Made by a program: the position numbers and the translations under genes. Source: an uncultured delta proteobacterium (GTDB lineage: Bacteria; Myxococcota_A; Polyangia; Palsa-1104). From it: a stretch of 64,000 bases of DNA. Shown here one piece after another: positions 1 through 13,377 of this stretch (its first letter is position 1; the number at the start of each line of letters is the position of its first letter). Location: contig CAWAWS010000007.1 in assembly GCA_963785725.1 (NCBI GenBank), positions 160,001-224,000 on the forward strand, written 5' to 3'. The notes beneath the pieces are model-generated. The model was not told the DNA's origin and made no database searches. It worked only from the letters and a program-made list of their open reading frames with translations.

Positions 1-1209
1 CTGAATCCGAACGAGCCCGACGGCGCACGCGAACGCGGCGCGCGCAATCGCGCCGTGACCGATCCGTTCGAGCCGGGCTCGACGATGAAGACGTTCTCGA
101 TCGCGGGCGCGTTGGAAGCCGGCGCCATCAAGGTCGACGAGGATTGGTTCTGCGAGAACGGGCATTGGCAGATCGGTGGGCGCACCATCCACGACGCCGA
201 GCCGATCGGCGCGGTGACGACGACGGGCGTGTTGGCGAAGTCGTCGAACGTGTGCGCGGCCAAGATCGCGATGCGCGAAGGGCGCGAGAAGCTGCGCGAA
301 ATACTGCTGCGCTTCGGCTTTGGGCGGCCGACGGGCGTCGACTTGCCGGGCGAGCGCGCGGGGCAGATTCGCAGCCTCGAGCACATGGGTCCGGTCGAGA
401 CGGCGACGATGGCGTTCGGGCAGGGGTTGACGGCGACGCCGCTGCAAGTGGCGGCGGCTTACGCGGCGGTGGCGAACGGCGGCACGCTGTACAAGCCGCA
501 CGTCATGCGTCGCATCCTCGGGCTCGACGGGCAGGTGGCGGCGGAGGCGAAGGTCGAAGGCAAGCGCGTCGTCGCGCAGCCGCTCGCGGAGACGATGCGC
601 ACGATGCTGCACGCCGTGACGTTGAAGGGCGGAACGGCGCAAAAGCTGGCGGTGCCGGGCTATTTGTTCGCGGGGAAAACCGGGACGGCGCAGAAGGTCG
701 ACCCGGTGACGCGCCACTATTCGGCGGACCACTGGGTGGCGTCGTTCGCGGGCTTCGCGCCGCTGAAAGATCCGCGGCTGGTGCTGCTCGTCATCATCGA
801 TGAGCCGTTCGGCTCGCATCATGGCTCCGACGTCGCCGGTCCGATTTGGCAGGACGTGATGGTCGACTCCTTGCGTTGGCTGGGCGTGCCGCCGACCGAG
901 CCGATGTTGACGGCCGATGCCGACAAGCCGTCGCCGAAGGTCAAGGCGCCGGTGACGCCGACCGTCGACGAGGCTGATGACGCCGGCAACGAGCCCGAGC
1001 CGGTGGTCTCCGACGACGGTGACGGTCGTGCGCGGCCCGAGGTGCCCGATTTCGCGGGCATGAGCATGGCCGAAGCGCTGGTCGCGGCGCGCAAGGTGGG
1101 GCTGCGGCTGGAGGTTGCAGGCACCGGTCGCGCCAGCGCGCAGTCGCCGGGACCGGGCGCGGCGCGGCGCGGCGCGATCTGCAAGGTCTCGTTTACACCG
1201 CCCGGCTGA
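1..1209 (+). CDS. ftsI: Class B penicillin-binding protein FtsI/PBP3 (5' truncated by window), C-terminal PASTA domain
   Basis: Open from base 1; SxxK (STMK), SxN (SSN) and KTG(T) transpeptidase motifs; PASTA-like VPDFAGMS; precedes murE. Confidence 0.9.
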   Translation: MNPNEPDGARERGARNRAVTDPFEPGSTMKTFSIAGALEAGAIKVDEDWFCENGHWQIGGRTIHDAEPIGAVTTTGVLAKSSNVCAAKIAMREGREKLREILLRFGFGRPTGVDLPGERAGQIRSLEHMGPVETATMAFGQGLTATPLQVAAAYAAVANGGTLYKPHVMRRILGLDGQVAAEAKVEGKRVVAQPLAETMRTMLHAVTLKGGTAQKLAVPGYLFAGKTGTAQKVDPVTRHYSADHWVASFAGFAPLKDPRLVLLVIIDEPFGSHHGSDVAGPIWQDVMVDSLRWLGVPPTEPMLTADADKPSPKVKAPVTPTVDEADDAGNEPEPVVSDDGDGRARPEVPDFAGMSMAEALVAARKVGLRLEVAGTGRASAQSPGPGAARRGAICKVSFTPPG

Positions 1210-1315
1210 GGTTGTACGTGTACGCCATGACGCGCTCGGGCGTGGACGAAGCGACTCGGAACGACGGAACCGCGGCCAGTTACCGCCGGCCGGAAGCTTG
1301 CAGCTGGAGCGGAAC

Positions 1316-2797
<1,482 letters not shown>

Positions 2798-2802
2798 GGT
2801 CC

Positions 2803-4242
2803 ATGGCCGCGCCGGCAATCCCACTTTCGCGACTGCTCGAGTCGACTGGCGGTTCGCTCACCGGCGGCGCAGCGGATGCGTTCGCCGGCGCCGGCATCGA
2901 CAGCCGCGCCGTCAAGCCGGGCATGCTCTTCTTCGCCGTCAAAGGCGATCGCTTCGACGGGCACGACTTCGCGGCGCAGGCGGTGCGCGACGGCGCGCGC
3001 GGCGTCGTCGTGGCGCGCGGTCGCGGCGCGGCGCTCGACGTGGGCGATGCCGCCGTCGTCGAGGTCGACGATCCGATCGCCGCGCTCGGCGCGTTGGCGC
3101 GCGCGCATCGGCTGGCGCAGCGTGACTTGCGCGTCGTCGCGGTCACCGGATCGAACGGCAAGACGACGACTAAGGAGATCTTGGGCGCAATCTTGTCGTC
3201 ATCGGCGGGCGACGACGCGGTGCTGAAGACCGAAGGCAACCTGAATAATCATTTGGGCGTGCCGCTGACGCTGTTGCGGTTGAGCGCGCAGCATCGCTTT
3301 GCCGTCGTCGAGATGGGCATGTCGGGCTTGGGTGAGATCGCGTATCTGACGGAGCTGGCGCGGCCGGATGTCGCGGTCATCACCAACATCGCCGGCGTGC
3401 ACTTGGAGCAGCTCGGCAGCCTCGAGAACGTCGCGCGCGCCAAGGCGGAGATCTTCGGCGGTCTCGGCGAGCGCGGCATCGGCGTCTATCCGGCGAAGGA
3501 GCTGCTGTTGACGCCGCTCGTGACGTTGCCGGCGGCGCGGCGACGCACGTTCGGGCCCGGCGGCGGCGGCGCGACGGTGACCTACGACGACGTGCACGTC
3601 GGACCGAAGGGGCTGACGCTGAAGCTGCGCATCGAGAGCGCGGCGGCGGTGCTCGAGCTGGCGGCGCGGCTGCCGCTCATCGGCCGGCACAACGCGTCGA
3701 ACGCGGCGGCGGCGGTGGCGGCGTCGCTGGCGCTCGGCATCGGCGAAGGCGCGATCCTCGACGGTCTGGCGCATGCCAAGCCGGCCAAACATCGCGCCCA
3801 GCTCGTCGCCGTCGCCGGCGATCGAACCGTGCTCGACGACTGCTACAACGCGGCGCCACCGTCGATGAAGGCGGCGCTCGACGCGCTCGTCGAGATTACG
3901 CCGGCGGGCGCACAGAAGATCGCGGTGCTCGGCGACATGCTCGAATTGGGCACCGATTCCGCGAAGCTGCATGCCGAAATCGGCGCTTATGCGGCGACGC
4001 GCGTCGATCTGCTGATCGCGATCGGCCCGAACGCGCGCGCCATCGACGAAGCCGCGCGGCCGACGCTGGGCGCGCGCGCCTGGCACACCGACGATCCGCT
4101 GGCGGCGGCGGCGCGCGTGCGCGAGCTGTCGCGCGCCGGCGACGTCATCCTCGTCAAGGCGTCGCGCGGCATGCGCCTCGAGCGCGTCATCGACGCATTG
4201 ACCGGGACATTGACCGACTTGGCGAAGCCGGAGGCGCACTAA
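2803..4242 (+). CDS. murF: UDP-MurNAc-pentapeptide synthetase
   Basis: GSNGKTTTKE, NNHLGVPLTL, DDCYNA, LGDMLELG, KASRG. Confidence 0.96.
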   Translation: MAAPAIPLSRLLESTGGSLTGGAADAFAGAGIDSRAVKPGMLFFAVKGDRFDGHDFAAQAVRDGARGVVVARGRGAALDVGDAAVVEVDDPIAALGALARAHRLAQRDLRVVAVTGSNGKTTTKEILGAILSSSAGDDAVLKTEGNLNNHLGVPLTLLRLSAQHRFAVVEMGMSGLGEIAYLTELARPDVAVITNIAGVHLEQLGSLENVARAKAEIFGGLGERGIGVYPAKELLLTPLVTLPAARRRTFGPGGGGATVTYDDVHVGPKGLTLKLRIESAAAVLELAARLPLIGRHNASNAAAAVAASLALGIGEGAILDGLAHAKPAKHRAQLVAVAGDRTVLDDCYNAAPPSMKAALDALVEITPAGAQKIAVLGDMLELGTDSAKLHAEIGAYAATRVDLLIAIGPNARAIDEAARPTLGARAWHTDDPLAAAARVRELSRAGDVILVKASRGMRLERVIDALTGTLTDLAKPEAH

Positions 4243-4245
4243 CAC

Positions 4246-5358
4246 ATGCTGTACCACCTGCTCTATCCGCTGCACGTGCACGCCGGGCTGCACGGGCTCA
4301 ACGTGCTGCGCTATGTCTCGACCCGCATCATCGCCGCGACGCTGACGGCGATGGCGATCTCGTTCTTGATGGGCCCGTGGTTCATCAATCGGCTGCGCTC
4401 GAAGCAGATCGGCGAGCAGATCCGCACCGACGGGCCGCAGACGCACAAGAAGAAGGCGGGCACGCCGACGATGGGCGGCTCGCTCATCCTGTTCGCGCTC
4501 GTGATCCCGACGCTCTTGTGGTGCGATCTGACCGACCGCTTCATCTGGCTGACGCTGCTCGTGACGATCGGCTACGGCATCGTCGGGTTCGTCGACGACT
4601 ACCGCAAGCTGACGCGCAGCAAGAAGGGCATTTCGGGACGCTCGAAGCTGGCGGCACAGCTGATCATCGCCGCCGTCGCCGTGCTCTATCTGTTCTATTC
4701 CGACTGCTACGATCCCGACTTGAAGCTGCGCTTGGCGCTGCCGCTCGTCGACTTCTACAAGCATCCGATGTCGCTGTGGCTGCCGGTGTACATCGTGTTC
4801 GCCATCACCGTCATCGTCGGCGCGTCCAACGGCGTCAACATGACCGACGGCCTCGACGGCTTGGCGATCGGCCCCGTCATCATCTCCGCCGGCACGTTCT
4901 TGATCCTCGCGTACGGCGCCGGCACCGTCATCAAAGGCTTCAATGTCGCCGAGTATTTGAAGATCCCGTACATCCACGGCTCGGGCGAGCTGGCGATCTT
5001 CTGCGGTGCGATGGCCGGCGCCGGCATCGGCTTTTTGTGGTTCAACACCTATCCCGCGGCCGTGTTCATGGGCGACGTCGGCTCGCTGTCGCTCGGCGGC
5101 GCGCTCGGCATGCTGGCGGTGCTGACGAAGAACGAGATGACGCTGGTGGTCGTCGGCGGCATCTTCGTCGTCGAGACGTTGAGCGTGATGGTGCAGGTGA
5201 CGAGCTTCAAGCTCACCGGTAAACGCGTGTTCAAGATGGCGCCGATCCATCATCACTTCGAGCTCAAGGGCTGGGCCGAGCCGAAGGTGATCGTGCGCTT
5301 CTGGATCATCAGCTTCATGCTGGCGTTGATCGCGCTGGCGACGCTGAAGGTCAGGTAG
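4246..5358 (+). CDS. mraY: Phospho-MurNAc-pentapeptide transferase
   Basis: [34 protein letters not shown]. Confidence 0.98.
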   Translation: MLYHLLYPLHVHAGLHGLNVLRYVSTRIIAATLTAMAISFLMGPWFINRLRSKQIGEQIRTDGPQTHKKKAGTPTMGGSLILFALVIPTLLWCDLTDRFIWLTLLVTIGYGIVGFVDDYRKLTRSKKGISGRSKLAAQLIIAAVAVLYLFYSDCYDPDLKLRLALPLVDFYKHPMSLWLPVYIVFAITVIVGASNGVNMTDGLDGLAIGPVIISAGTFLILAYGAGTVIKGFNVAEYLKIPYIHGSGELAIFCGAMAGAGIGFLWFNTYPAAVFMGDVGSLSLGGALGMLAVLTKNEMTLVVVGGIFVVETLSVMVQVTSFKLTGKRVFKMAPIHHHFELKGWAEPKVIVRFWIISFMLALIALATLKVR

Positions 5359-5361
5359 ATC

Positions 5362-6720
5362 GTGGATTATGATGTCGTCGCGGGCGTTGGGCCCAATCGC
5401 GTGCTCGTCGTGGGCGCGGGCAAGACGGGCTTGGCCGTGGCGCGCTTTTGCGCCGATCGCGGCGCGACCGTGACCGTGACCGACCTGCGCAGCGGCGCCG
5501 AATTGCACGACGCGCGCCTGCAGCTCGGCGAGCGCGTGACGTGGGAGCTCGGGCGGCACATGCAGCAGTCGTTCCTCGACGCCGACTTGATCGTCGTGTC
5601 GCCGGGCGTCCCCGACATCAAGCCGCTGCAGGTCGCGCGCAAAAAGGGCGTGCGCATCACCGGCGAGATCGAGCTGGCGGCGCAGTTCATTCGCGCGCCG
5701 ATCATCGGCATCACCGGCACCAACGGCAAGTCGACGGTGACGGCGCTGACGGGCGAGATGGCGCGCCAGAGCGGCAAGCCGACGTTCGTCGGCGGCAACT
5801 TGGGCACGCCGCTCATCGGCTGCGTCGACACGCCGGCGTCGGCCGCGAATGGGCTCGTGGTCGTGGAGCTGTCGAGCTTTCAGCTGGAGACGGCGGAGCG
5901 GCTGCATCCGCGAGCGGCGGCGTTCCTGAATCTGACGCCCGATCATCTCGATCGCTATCCGTCGGTGGCCGAATATGGCGCGGCCAAGCTGCGACTGGCG
6001 CGCAATTTGGCCGGCGACGACGTCATGGTCGTCAACGCCGACGACGAATTCTTCGCGGCCGCGGGCGCGCGTTATCGCGGCCACGCGCGCGTGCTGACGT
6101 TCTCGACGCGCACGCAAAACGCCGACGGCTACATTGATGACAACCAATTGGTTGCGCTCGGGCAGCGTTATCCGATCGGCGAGCTCAACCTCATCGGGCG
6201 GCACAACCTCGGCAACGTGCTGGCGGCGATCTTGTTGACGCGCGGCAATGGGCTGGTCGCCGACGAGGCGGTGCGCGCGGCGCTGCGGACGTTTCAGCCG
6301 CTGCCGCATCGCATGCAGCTCGTCGGGAACAAGCGGCAGCTGCGCTTTTACGACGACTCGAAGGCGACCAACGTCGACAGCGTCGTCGCCGGCGTCGACG
6401 GGTTTCCGACGCCTTTCGTGCTCATCGCCGGCGGGCGCGACAAAGGCGGCTCCTATGCGCCGCTCGTCGCCGCGTTGGCCGCCGGAAAATGCCGCGGCGT
6501 CGTCGTCATCGGCGAAGCCTCCGACAAGATCGCCGCTGCCGTCGGTGACGCGCTGCCGGTGCTGCGCGCGTCGACGCTGGAAGACGCCGTCGCCGGCGCG
6601 GTCGGGCGCGCGCAGCCGGGCGACGCCGTCGTCTTGTCGCCGGCGTGCAGCTCCTACGACATGTTCGACAACTACGAGCATCGCGGCCGCGCGTTCGTCG
6701 CGGCAGTGGAGGCGCTATGA
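5362..6720 (+). CDS. murD: UDP-MurNAc-L-Ala:D-Glu ligase
   Basis: GTNGKST, ELSSFQLE, DHLDRY, DDSKATN, LSPACSSYD. Confidence 0.97.
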   Translation: MDYDVVAGVGPNRVLVVGAGKTGLAVARFCADRGATVTVTDLRSGAELHDARLQLGERVTWELGRHMQQSFLDADLIVVSPGVPDIKPLQVARKKGVRITGEIELAAQFIRAPIIGITGTNGKSTVTALTGEMARQSGKPTFVGGNLGTPLIGCVDTPASAANGLVVVELSSFQLETAERLHPRAAAFLNLTPDHLDRYPSVAEYGAAKLRLARNLAGDDVMVVNADDEFFAAAGARYRGHARVLTFSTRTQNADGYIDDNQLVALGQRYPIGELNLIGRHNLGNVLAAILLTRGNGLVADEAVRAALRTFQPLPHRMQLVGNKRQLRFYDDSKATNVDSVVAGVDGFPTPFVLIAGGRDKGGSYAPLVAALAAGKCRGVVVIGEASDKIAAAVGDALPVLRASTLEDAVAGAVGRAQPGDAVVLSPACSSYDMFDNYEHRGRAFVAAVEAL

Positions 6721-8064
6721 CGACGAGAGAGGCGACCGCGCGCGTCGACACGCAGCTCAAGCCGCCCATCGACGCGCCGCTGCCGACGACCAAGACCTAC
6801 GAGCCCGACATCGTGCTCTTGGCGGCGGTGCTGGCGCTGGTCGGCTTCGGCGTCGTCATGGTCTATTCGGCCTCGGCCGTCTACGCGACGCAGAAGTTCG
6901 GCAGCGCCACCTACTTCTTCAAGCGCGACCTCTTGTGGGCCAGCGTCGGCTTGACGGCGATGGCCATCGGCATGCGCGTCGACTTCGGCGCCTATCGTCG
7001 CTGGTCGTACGCGATGCTGATCGCGTCCATCGGCATGCTCGGCGCCGTGCTCGTCGTCGGCGCGCGCATCAACGGCGCGCGGCGCTGGTTCCACGTCGGC
7101 GGCGTCGAGCTTCCAGCCGGCCGAGCTGGCGAAGCTGGCGCTCGTCATCTACCTGGCCTATTCGCTGGCGAAGAAGGCGGAGAAGGTCAAGTCGTTCACG
7201 GTCGGCTTCGTGCCGCACATGATCGTCTGCGGCGTCATGATGGGGCTGCTCCTGAAGCAGCCGGATCTCGGCACCGCCGTGATCTTGGGCCTGACGACGA
7301 TCATCCTGCTCTTCGTCGCCGGCGCCAAAGTCAGCTACATCTGCATCGCGTTCTTGGGCGCGGCGCCGATTCTGTATCAAGCGATCGTCGGCACGCCCTG
7401 GCGTTTGCGGCGCATGCTCGCCTATCTCGATCCTTGGCAATACCGCTACGACGTCGGCTATCAGATCACCGAGTCGCTGATCTCGGTCGGCTCGGGCGGC
7501 CTCTCCGGCCTCGGTCTCGGCGACGGCAAGCAGAAGCTGTTCTTCTTGCCCGAGGCGCACACCGACTACGTCATGGCCATCGTCGGCGAAGAGCTGGGCC
7601 TGTTCGGCATCTGCGCCGTCGCCGCCTTGTTCGGCGTGCTCATCTGGCGCGGCGCGCGGGCCGCCTTGCGTGCGCGTGACGCGTTCGGCTGCTACCTCGG
7701 CTTCGGCATCACGACGATGTTCGGCTTGCAGGGCCTCGTCAACATCGGCGTCGTCCTCGGCGCGCTGCCGACGAAGGGCTTGCCGCTGCCGTTCGTCAGC
7801 TTCGGCGGCTCGACGCTCGTCGTCGACCTGTTCGCGATGGGCATCCTCTTGAATATTTCGCGTGCGGCGCCCGAGCCGGCCGGGGCGCGCGGTCGCGTCG
7901 CCTGGCTGCCGCGCATCAAGTGGCGCGCGGCCAAGGGCAACCGCCGACTTCCCGGCGGCGGCAAGCGCGTCACCGTCGAGACGCGCGTGCCCGCCGTCGT
8001 CGACGCCGAGGCCTTCGATGCGCCCGCAGGGCAGGGTTTCGCCGCGGGTCGCGGCGAGGCTTAG
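6717..8064 (+). CDS. ftsW: SEDS peptidoglycan polymerase FtsW (one apparent +1 frameshift at about 7107)
   Basis: VMVYSAS and GARRW in one frame; SFQPAELAK, QPDLGT, LPEAHTD, GEELG, LPFVSFGGS in the next; removing one G at about 7107 joins them. Confidence 0.93.
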
Positions 8065-8068
8065 TGTC

Positions 8069-9145
8069 ATGCGCGTCTTGATCGCCGGCGGCGGCACGGG
8101 CGGCCACCTCTTTCCCGGCCTGGCCGTCGCCGAGGAATTACGCGCGCGCGGTCACGACGTTCGCTTCGTCGGCACGCAAAAGGGCATCGAAGCGCGCGCC
8201 GTTCCCGCCGCCGACTACCCGATCGACTTCATCGACATCGCCGGCATCAAGCGCAACGGCTGGAAAGCGGCCTTGCGTGGCCTGTACGCCGTGCCGCGCG
8301 CGATGGGCCAATCGGGCGCCATCCTGCGCGCGCATCGTCCCGACGTCGTCGTCGGCGTCGGCGGTTACGCGTCGGGCCCGATGGTGTTGACGGCGGCGCT
8401 GAGCGGCCGTCCGACGGCGATCTTGGAGCAGAACTCGATCCCCGGCTTCACCAATCGCACGCTCGGCCGCTTCGCCAAGACGACGTTCGGCGCCTTCGAG
8501 ACCGCGCGCGCGTCGTTCCCGAAGCAGCGCTATCGGCTCGTCGGCAATCCGGTGCGCAAGCGCGTCCGCGACGTGTTGGCGCACGCGCACGGCAACGGCG
8601 ACGCCGGCTCCGTCCTGGTCGTCGGCGGCTCGCAGGGCGCGCATGCCGTCAACGAGCTGGTGCTGGGCGCCATGCTCGAGCTGAAGCGACAAGGCGTGGC
8701 GCCGAAGCTGCTGCATCAGTCGGGTGAAAAAGATCGCGCCGAGCTGGCCCGTCGCTATGCCGAGGCCGGTGTGGCCGTAGACGTTCGCGCGTTCATCGAC
8801 GACATGGGCGCCGCCTATCGCGACGCGGCGGTCGTCATCGCGCGCGCCGGCGCGTCGACGCTGGCGGAGCTGACGCTCATCGGCAAGCCGGCGCTCCTCA
8901 TTCCGCTGCCGACAGCGGCCGACGATCACCAGACCGTCAACGCGCGCGAGCTGGCCGACGCCGGCGCCGCGCAGCTCCTGCCGCAGGCGACGACGACGGC
9001 GCCGTCGCTGGCCGCGACGTTGCGCGCGCTCCTCGACGACGAAGTGGGCCGCGATCGCATGAAGCAGGCGTCGCTGGCGCTGGCCCATCCGCACGCGCAC
9101 GAAGAGATCGCAGACGCGCTAGAGTCGTTGGCCCATGTTTCATAA
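8069..9145 (+). CDS. murG: Lipid II GlcNAc transferase
   Basis: [35 protein letters not shown]. Confidence 0.97.
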   Translation: MRVLIAGGGTGGHLFPGLAVAEELRARGHDVRFVGTQKGIEARAVPAADYPIDFIDIAGIKRNGWKAALRGLYAVPRAMGQSGAILRAHRPDVVVGVGGYASGPMVLTAALSGRPTAILEQNSIPGFTNRTLGRFAKTTFGAFETARASFPKQRYRLVGNPVRKRVRDVLAHAHGNGDAGSVLVVGGSQGAHAVNELVLGAMLELKRQGVAPKLLHQSGEKDRAELARRYAEAGVAVDVRAFIDDMGAAYRDAAVVIARAGASTLAELTLIGKPALLIPLPTAADDHQTVNARELADAGAAQLLPQATTTAPSLAATLRALLDDEVGRDRMKQASLALAHPHAHEEIADALESLAHVS

Positions 9146-10514
9146 ACCCGGCACGCGCATTCACTTCGTCGGCATCGGCGGCATCGGCATGTCCGGCATC
9201 GCCGAGGTGCTCCTCAACCTCGGTTACGCCGTCAGCGGCACCGACCTGAAGGAGTCGGACACGACGCGCCGGCTCGTCGAGCTCGGCGCGCACGATCGCG
9301 CTCGGCCACGACGCCGAGCACGTCGGCGACGCCGACGTCGTCGTCATCTCGAGCGCGGTGCAAAGCGACAACCCCGAGGTCGCGACGGCGCGGCGGCGCG
9401 GCATTCCCGTCATTCCGCGCGCCGAGATGCTCGCCGAGCTGATGCGCATGAAGTACGGCATCGCCGTCGCCGGCTCGCACGGCAAGACGACGACGACCTC
9501 GCTCGTCGCCACGGTGCTTGCATCAGGCCGGGCTCGATCCGACGGCGGTCATCGGCGGCAAGTTGCCGTCGCTGGGCTCGAACGCGCGCCTCGGCGGCGG
9601 CGAATATCTCGTCGCCGAGGCCGACGAGTCCGACGGCTCGTTCCTGAAGCTGACGCCGACCGTCGCCGTCGTCACCAACATCGATCCCGAGCACCTCGAT
9701 CACTACGGCACGTTCGAAGATCTAAAGCGCACGTTCGTCGACTTCATCAACAAGGTGCCGTTCTACGGGCTGGGCGTCTTGTGCGTCGACCACGAGCACG
9801 TGCAGGCGATCTTGCCCGCAGGTCGAGAAGCGCCACGTCACCTACGGCTTCACGCCTTTGGCGACCTTTCGCGCCGTCGATGTGGCGTTCGACGGGCTGC
9901 GCACGCGCTTTACGGCCATCGCGCGCGGCAAGACGCTCGGTCGCGTCGAGCTGGCCATGCCGGGCCGGCACAACGTGCTTGAACGCGCTGGCGACGCTGG
10001 CCGTGGCCGATTTTCTCGGCGTCGACTTCGACGGTCTACCAGCGCGCGCTGCACGAGCTTCGCCGGCGTCGGCCGCCGCTTCACCGTGCGCGGCGAGGCC
10101 GGCGGCGTCATGGTCGTCGACGACTACGGCCACCATCCCGCCGAGATTCGCGCCACGCTCGCCGGCGCGCGCTCGGGCTTCGCCGATCGCCGCATCGTCG
10201 TCGCCTTTCAGCCGCACCGTTACACCCGCACGCGCGACCTGATGGGCGACTTCGCGCGCGCCTTCAACGAGGCCGAGCTGGTCGCCGTGTGCGACATCTA
10301 CGCCGCCGGCGAGGAGCCGATCGCCGGCGTCGACTCGGCCACGCTCGTCGAGGAGATGCGCGCCTCCGGCCACACCGGCGCCGTCCACGTCGCCAAGCGC
10401 GCCGACATCGCCGGCATGCTCGCCGCCGAGCTGCGCGAAGGTGATATTTTTATCACTTTGGGCGCCGGCGACGTGTGGATGGTCGGCGAAGAGGTCTTGA
10501 AGCGTCGTGCGTGA
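9135..10514 (+). CDS. murC: UDP-MurNAc:L-Ala ligase (about six apparent +1 frameshifts)
   Basis: [42 protein letters not shown] spread over three frames; shifts near 9290, 9518, 9818, 9978, 10033, 10052. Confidence 0.92.
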
Positions 10515-11464
10515 ACCGCGTGCGTGATCTCGTGCGACAGCCGCTCGATGCCGACGATCGGCAAGCGCTCCTCGACGCGCTGCAAGGCGAAGGCGAGCTG
10601 CGCTTCGACGAGCCGATGGCGCGCCACACCACCTTGCGCGTCGGCGGGCCGGTCGATGTCTGGGCCGAGCCGGCGACGCTGGCTGCGCTCGGCCGCTTGC
10701 GCGCCGCTTGCGCCGCCCGCGGCGTCGCCAATCGCGCCTTCGGCTCCGGCTCGAACTTGCTCGTGCGCGACGGCGGCATCCGCGGCGTCGCCGTCAACCT
10801 GAAGCGCCTCGGCCACGTGCGCGTGCTCGGCGACGGCCAGCTCTCCGTCGACGCCGGCGCCTCCACCGGCAAGCTCTTGCGCGTCGCCACCGAGCAGTCG
10901 TTGGGCGGCCTCGAGTTCTTGGGCGGCGTGCCCGGCACCGTCGGCGGCGGCCTCATCATGAACGCCGGCACCTACTTGGGCGAATTCACCGACGTCACCC
11001 GCGAAGTGCACGTCGTGCGACCGGACGGCAGCTTGGCCACGCGCAGCCACGCCGAGTGCGGCTTCCGCTATCGCCACTCCGACATTCCGCCGTCGGAGAT
11101 CGTCGTCGGTGCGCATTTGCAGCTGAAGCCGCGACCGCGCGCCGAAATCGAAGAGGCCGTGCGCTCGCTGCGCGACCGCCGCAAGTCGCGCGAGCCCAGC
11201 GCCGTGCCCAACGCCGGCTCGACGTTCAAGAACCCGCCCAACGAGTTCGCCGGCCGGCTCATCGAAGCCTGCGGGTTGAAGGGCCAGCGCGTCGGCGGCG
11301 CCGAGGTCTCGCCGGTGCACGCCAACTGGCTCGTCAACGCCGACGGCGCGCGCGCCGCCGACCTGTTGGCGCTCATCGAGATCGTGCGCGCAGCGGTCGT
11401 AAAACAGTTCGGCATCACGCTGGAGCTCGAAGTCAAAGTCGTCGGAGAGGATCGTCTTCCATGA
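10511..11464 (+). CDS. murB: UDP-N-acetylenolpyruvoylglucosamine reductase
   Basis: HTTLRVGG, GSGSNLL, PGTVGG, MNAG, AGSTFKNP, HANW. Confidence 0.96.
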   Translation: MNRVRDLVRQPLDADDRQALLDALQGEGELRFDEPMARHTTLRVGGPVDVWAEPATLAALGRLRAACAARGVANRAFGSGSNLLVRDGGIRGVAVNLKRLGHVRVLGDGQLSVDAGASTGKLLRVATEQSLGGLEFLGGVPGTVGGGLIMNAGTYLGEFTDVTREVHVVRPDGSLATRSHAECGFRYRHSDIPPSEIVVGAHLQLKPRPRAEIEEAVRSLRDRRKSREPSAVPNAGSTFKNPPNEFAGRLIEACGLKGQRVGGAEVSPVHANWLVNADGARAADLLALIEIVRAAVVKQFGITLELEVKVVGEDRLP

Positions 11465-12378
11465 GCAAGTTCAAGGGCAAGCGAATCGGCGTCATCATGG
11501 GCGGGCCGTCGTCGGAGCGCGAGGTGTCGCTCAACTCGGGCAAAGGCATCTTCGCCGCGCTGCAGTCGAAGGGCTACGATGCCGTCGCCATCGATTGGCA
11601 GGGCGGCACCGACGATCTCGGCGTGCACTTGCGGCGCGAAAAGATCGACGTCGCCTGGATCGCGCTGCACGGCACTTACGGCGAAGACGGCTGCGTGCAA
11701 GGCCTGCTCGAATGCTACGGGATTCCGTACACGGGCTCGGGCGTGCTGGCGTCGGCGATCGCGATGGACAAGGTGGCGACGCGGCGCGTGTTCGACCAGG
11801 AGTCGATCGAGTCGCCGCGCTGGCGCCGCTATCACGGCGCGGCCGACGTGGCGCGCATCGGCTTTCCGCTCGTGGTCAAGCCGTCGTCGGAGGGGTCGTC
11901 GGTGGGCGTGGCGATCGTCAAGACGCAGGCGACGTTGCAAGCGGCGCTGGACGAGGCCAAGAAGCACCGCGGCGTGGTCCTGCTCGAGGAGTACGTCAAA
12001 GGGCGCGAGATCAACGTCGGCGTGCTCGATGACGAAGCCCTGGGCGAGGTCGAGATTCGCCCCGCGACCGAGTTCTACGACTACGAGGCCAAGTATCTGC
12101 GCAACGACACGCAATATCTGTCGCCGGCTCCCATCAGCGACGACGAGCGCCGCATGCTGCACGACTTGGCCGTGCGCGCGCACAAGGCGCTCGGCTGCTC
12201 GGGCGCGACGCGCGTCGACCTCATCCTCGTCGACGGCGGCCGCGCGGTCTGCCTCGAGATCAACACGCTGCCGGGCATGACCGACCACTCGCTGCTGCCG
12301 AAGATCGCCGCCCAGCGCAACATCGACTACGCCGCCCTCGTCGAACGCATCCTCGACACCGCCGCCTTACACGCCTAA
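11461..12378 (+). CDS. ddl: D-alanine--D-alanine ligase
   Basis: GGPSSEREVS, LHGTYGEDG, EGSSVG, YDYEAKY, EINTLPG. Confidence 0.97.
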   Translation: MSKFKGKRIGVIMGGPSSEREVSLNSGKGIFAALQSKGYDAVAIDWQGGTDDLGVHLRREKIDVAWIALHGTYGEDGCVQGLLECYGIPYTGSGVLASAIAMDKVATRRVFDQESIESPRWRRYHGAADVARIGFPLVVKPSSEGSSVGVAIVKTQATLQAALDEAKKHRGVVLLEEYVKGREINVGVLDDEALGEVEIRPATEFYDYEAKYLRNDTQYLSPAPISDDERRMLHDLAVRAHKALGCSGATRVDLILVDGGRAVCLEINTLPGMTDHSLLPKIAAQRNIDYAALVERILDTAALHA

Positions 12379-12457
12379 TTCGCGTCTCCGTCGCTGGCCG
12401 CGCGTTTCTTCTGAGATTTTTTGCGCCCTCGCGCGACCACGCGTACAAGCGTAAGAC

Positions 12458-13375
12458 ATGATGCCCCGGGCCCGCGCACGTGGATCGCGCCGACGACTCG
12501 GCTGGCCGTTCGGCCGGCAGGGCAATCGGCGCGTGCGCGCGACCGTGCCGGCCGAGCCGCGCCCGCCGTCGCCGCCGCTCACGGAGCGCGCGCGCGGCCT
12601 CGTCGGCCGCTGGCGCCGCACGCTGTTGGCGCTGCTGGCCTTGGCCGCGCTCGCGGGCAGCGTCTACGCCGGCCGCTGGTACGTTACGCACGCCCGCCAC
12701 TTCGCGCTGCGCGAAGTGCGCGTCACGCCGCTCGTTCACGTCAGCGCCGACGCCATCTTGGCGCGCGCCAACGTGCCGCTCGGCGGCAACCTGTTCGCGA
12801 TCGATCGCGACGTCGTCGCGCGCGCCGTCGCACAAGAGCCGTGGGTCAAGACGGTGCACGTGCGCCGCGAGCTGCCGTCGGCGCTGGTGCTCGACGTGAC
12901 CGAGCGCGAGCCCGCCTGCGTCGTCGCCTTGGGCGCGCTCTATCTCGCCGACGACAACGGCAACGCCTTCAAGCGCGCCACGCCCGACGAAGCCATCGCG
13001 CTGCCCGTCGTCACCGGCGTCACGCGCGAGGAATACCTGACCCAGCCCGATCGTGCGCGCGAGCTGGTTGCGCAAGCGCTGACGGCGATTAGGACTTGGC
13101 GAGCGCTTCCGGGGCGCGCTCCCCTGGGCGAGCTGCACATCGATCGCATCGCCGGCGTCACCGCCTACACGACCAACGGCGTCGGCGTGCGCATCGGCGC
13201 CGTCGACGACACGCTCGGCGAGCGGCTGCGTCGTTACGACGCCGTCGCCGGCGCGCTCGGCCAGTCGGGCGAAGAGCCGCGCCTCATCTATGTCGACAAC
13301 CGCGCGCGCCCCGATCGCGTGACGGTAAAACTCGCGGCGGCAGCCTCTGCCACGCACAGCGGGATCAAGGATTAA
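12458..13375 (+). CDS. ftsQ: Cell division protein FtsQ/DivIB
   Basis: Basic N-tail, one TM helix, POTRA-like region (PWVKTVHVRRELP...VTEREP); between ddl and ftsA. Confidence 0.88.
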   Translation: MMPRARARGSRRRLGWPFGRQGNRRVRATVPAEPRPPSPPLTERARGLVGRWRRTLLALLALAALAGSVYAGRWYVTHARHFALREVRVTPLVHVSADAILARANVPLGGNLFAIDRDVVARAVAQEPWVKTVHVRRELPSALVLDVTEREPACVVALGALYLADDNGNAFKRATPDEAIALPVVTGVTREEYLTQPDRARELVAQALTAIRTWRALPGRAPLGELHIDRIAGVTAYTTNGVGVRIGAVDDTLGERLRRYDAVAGALGQSGEEPRLIYVDNRARPDRVTVKLAAAASATHSGIKD

Positions 13376-13377
13376 GC

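Noticed and set aside
3199..6681. 1160-aa minus-strand ORF and many similar long Arg/Ala-rich ORFs
   Set aside because: Shadow frames of real genes in high-GC DNA with no recognisable motifs
7100..10060. ftsW and murC as pseudogenes or programmed frameshifts
   Set aside because: About seven breaks, all single-base insertions that restore conserved motifs when removed, with no slippery motif or in-frame stop; essential genes, so most likely long-read consensus errors (check by read mapping)
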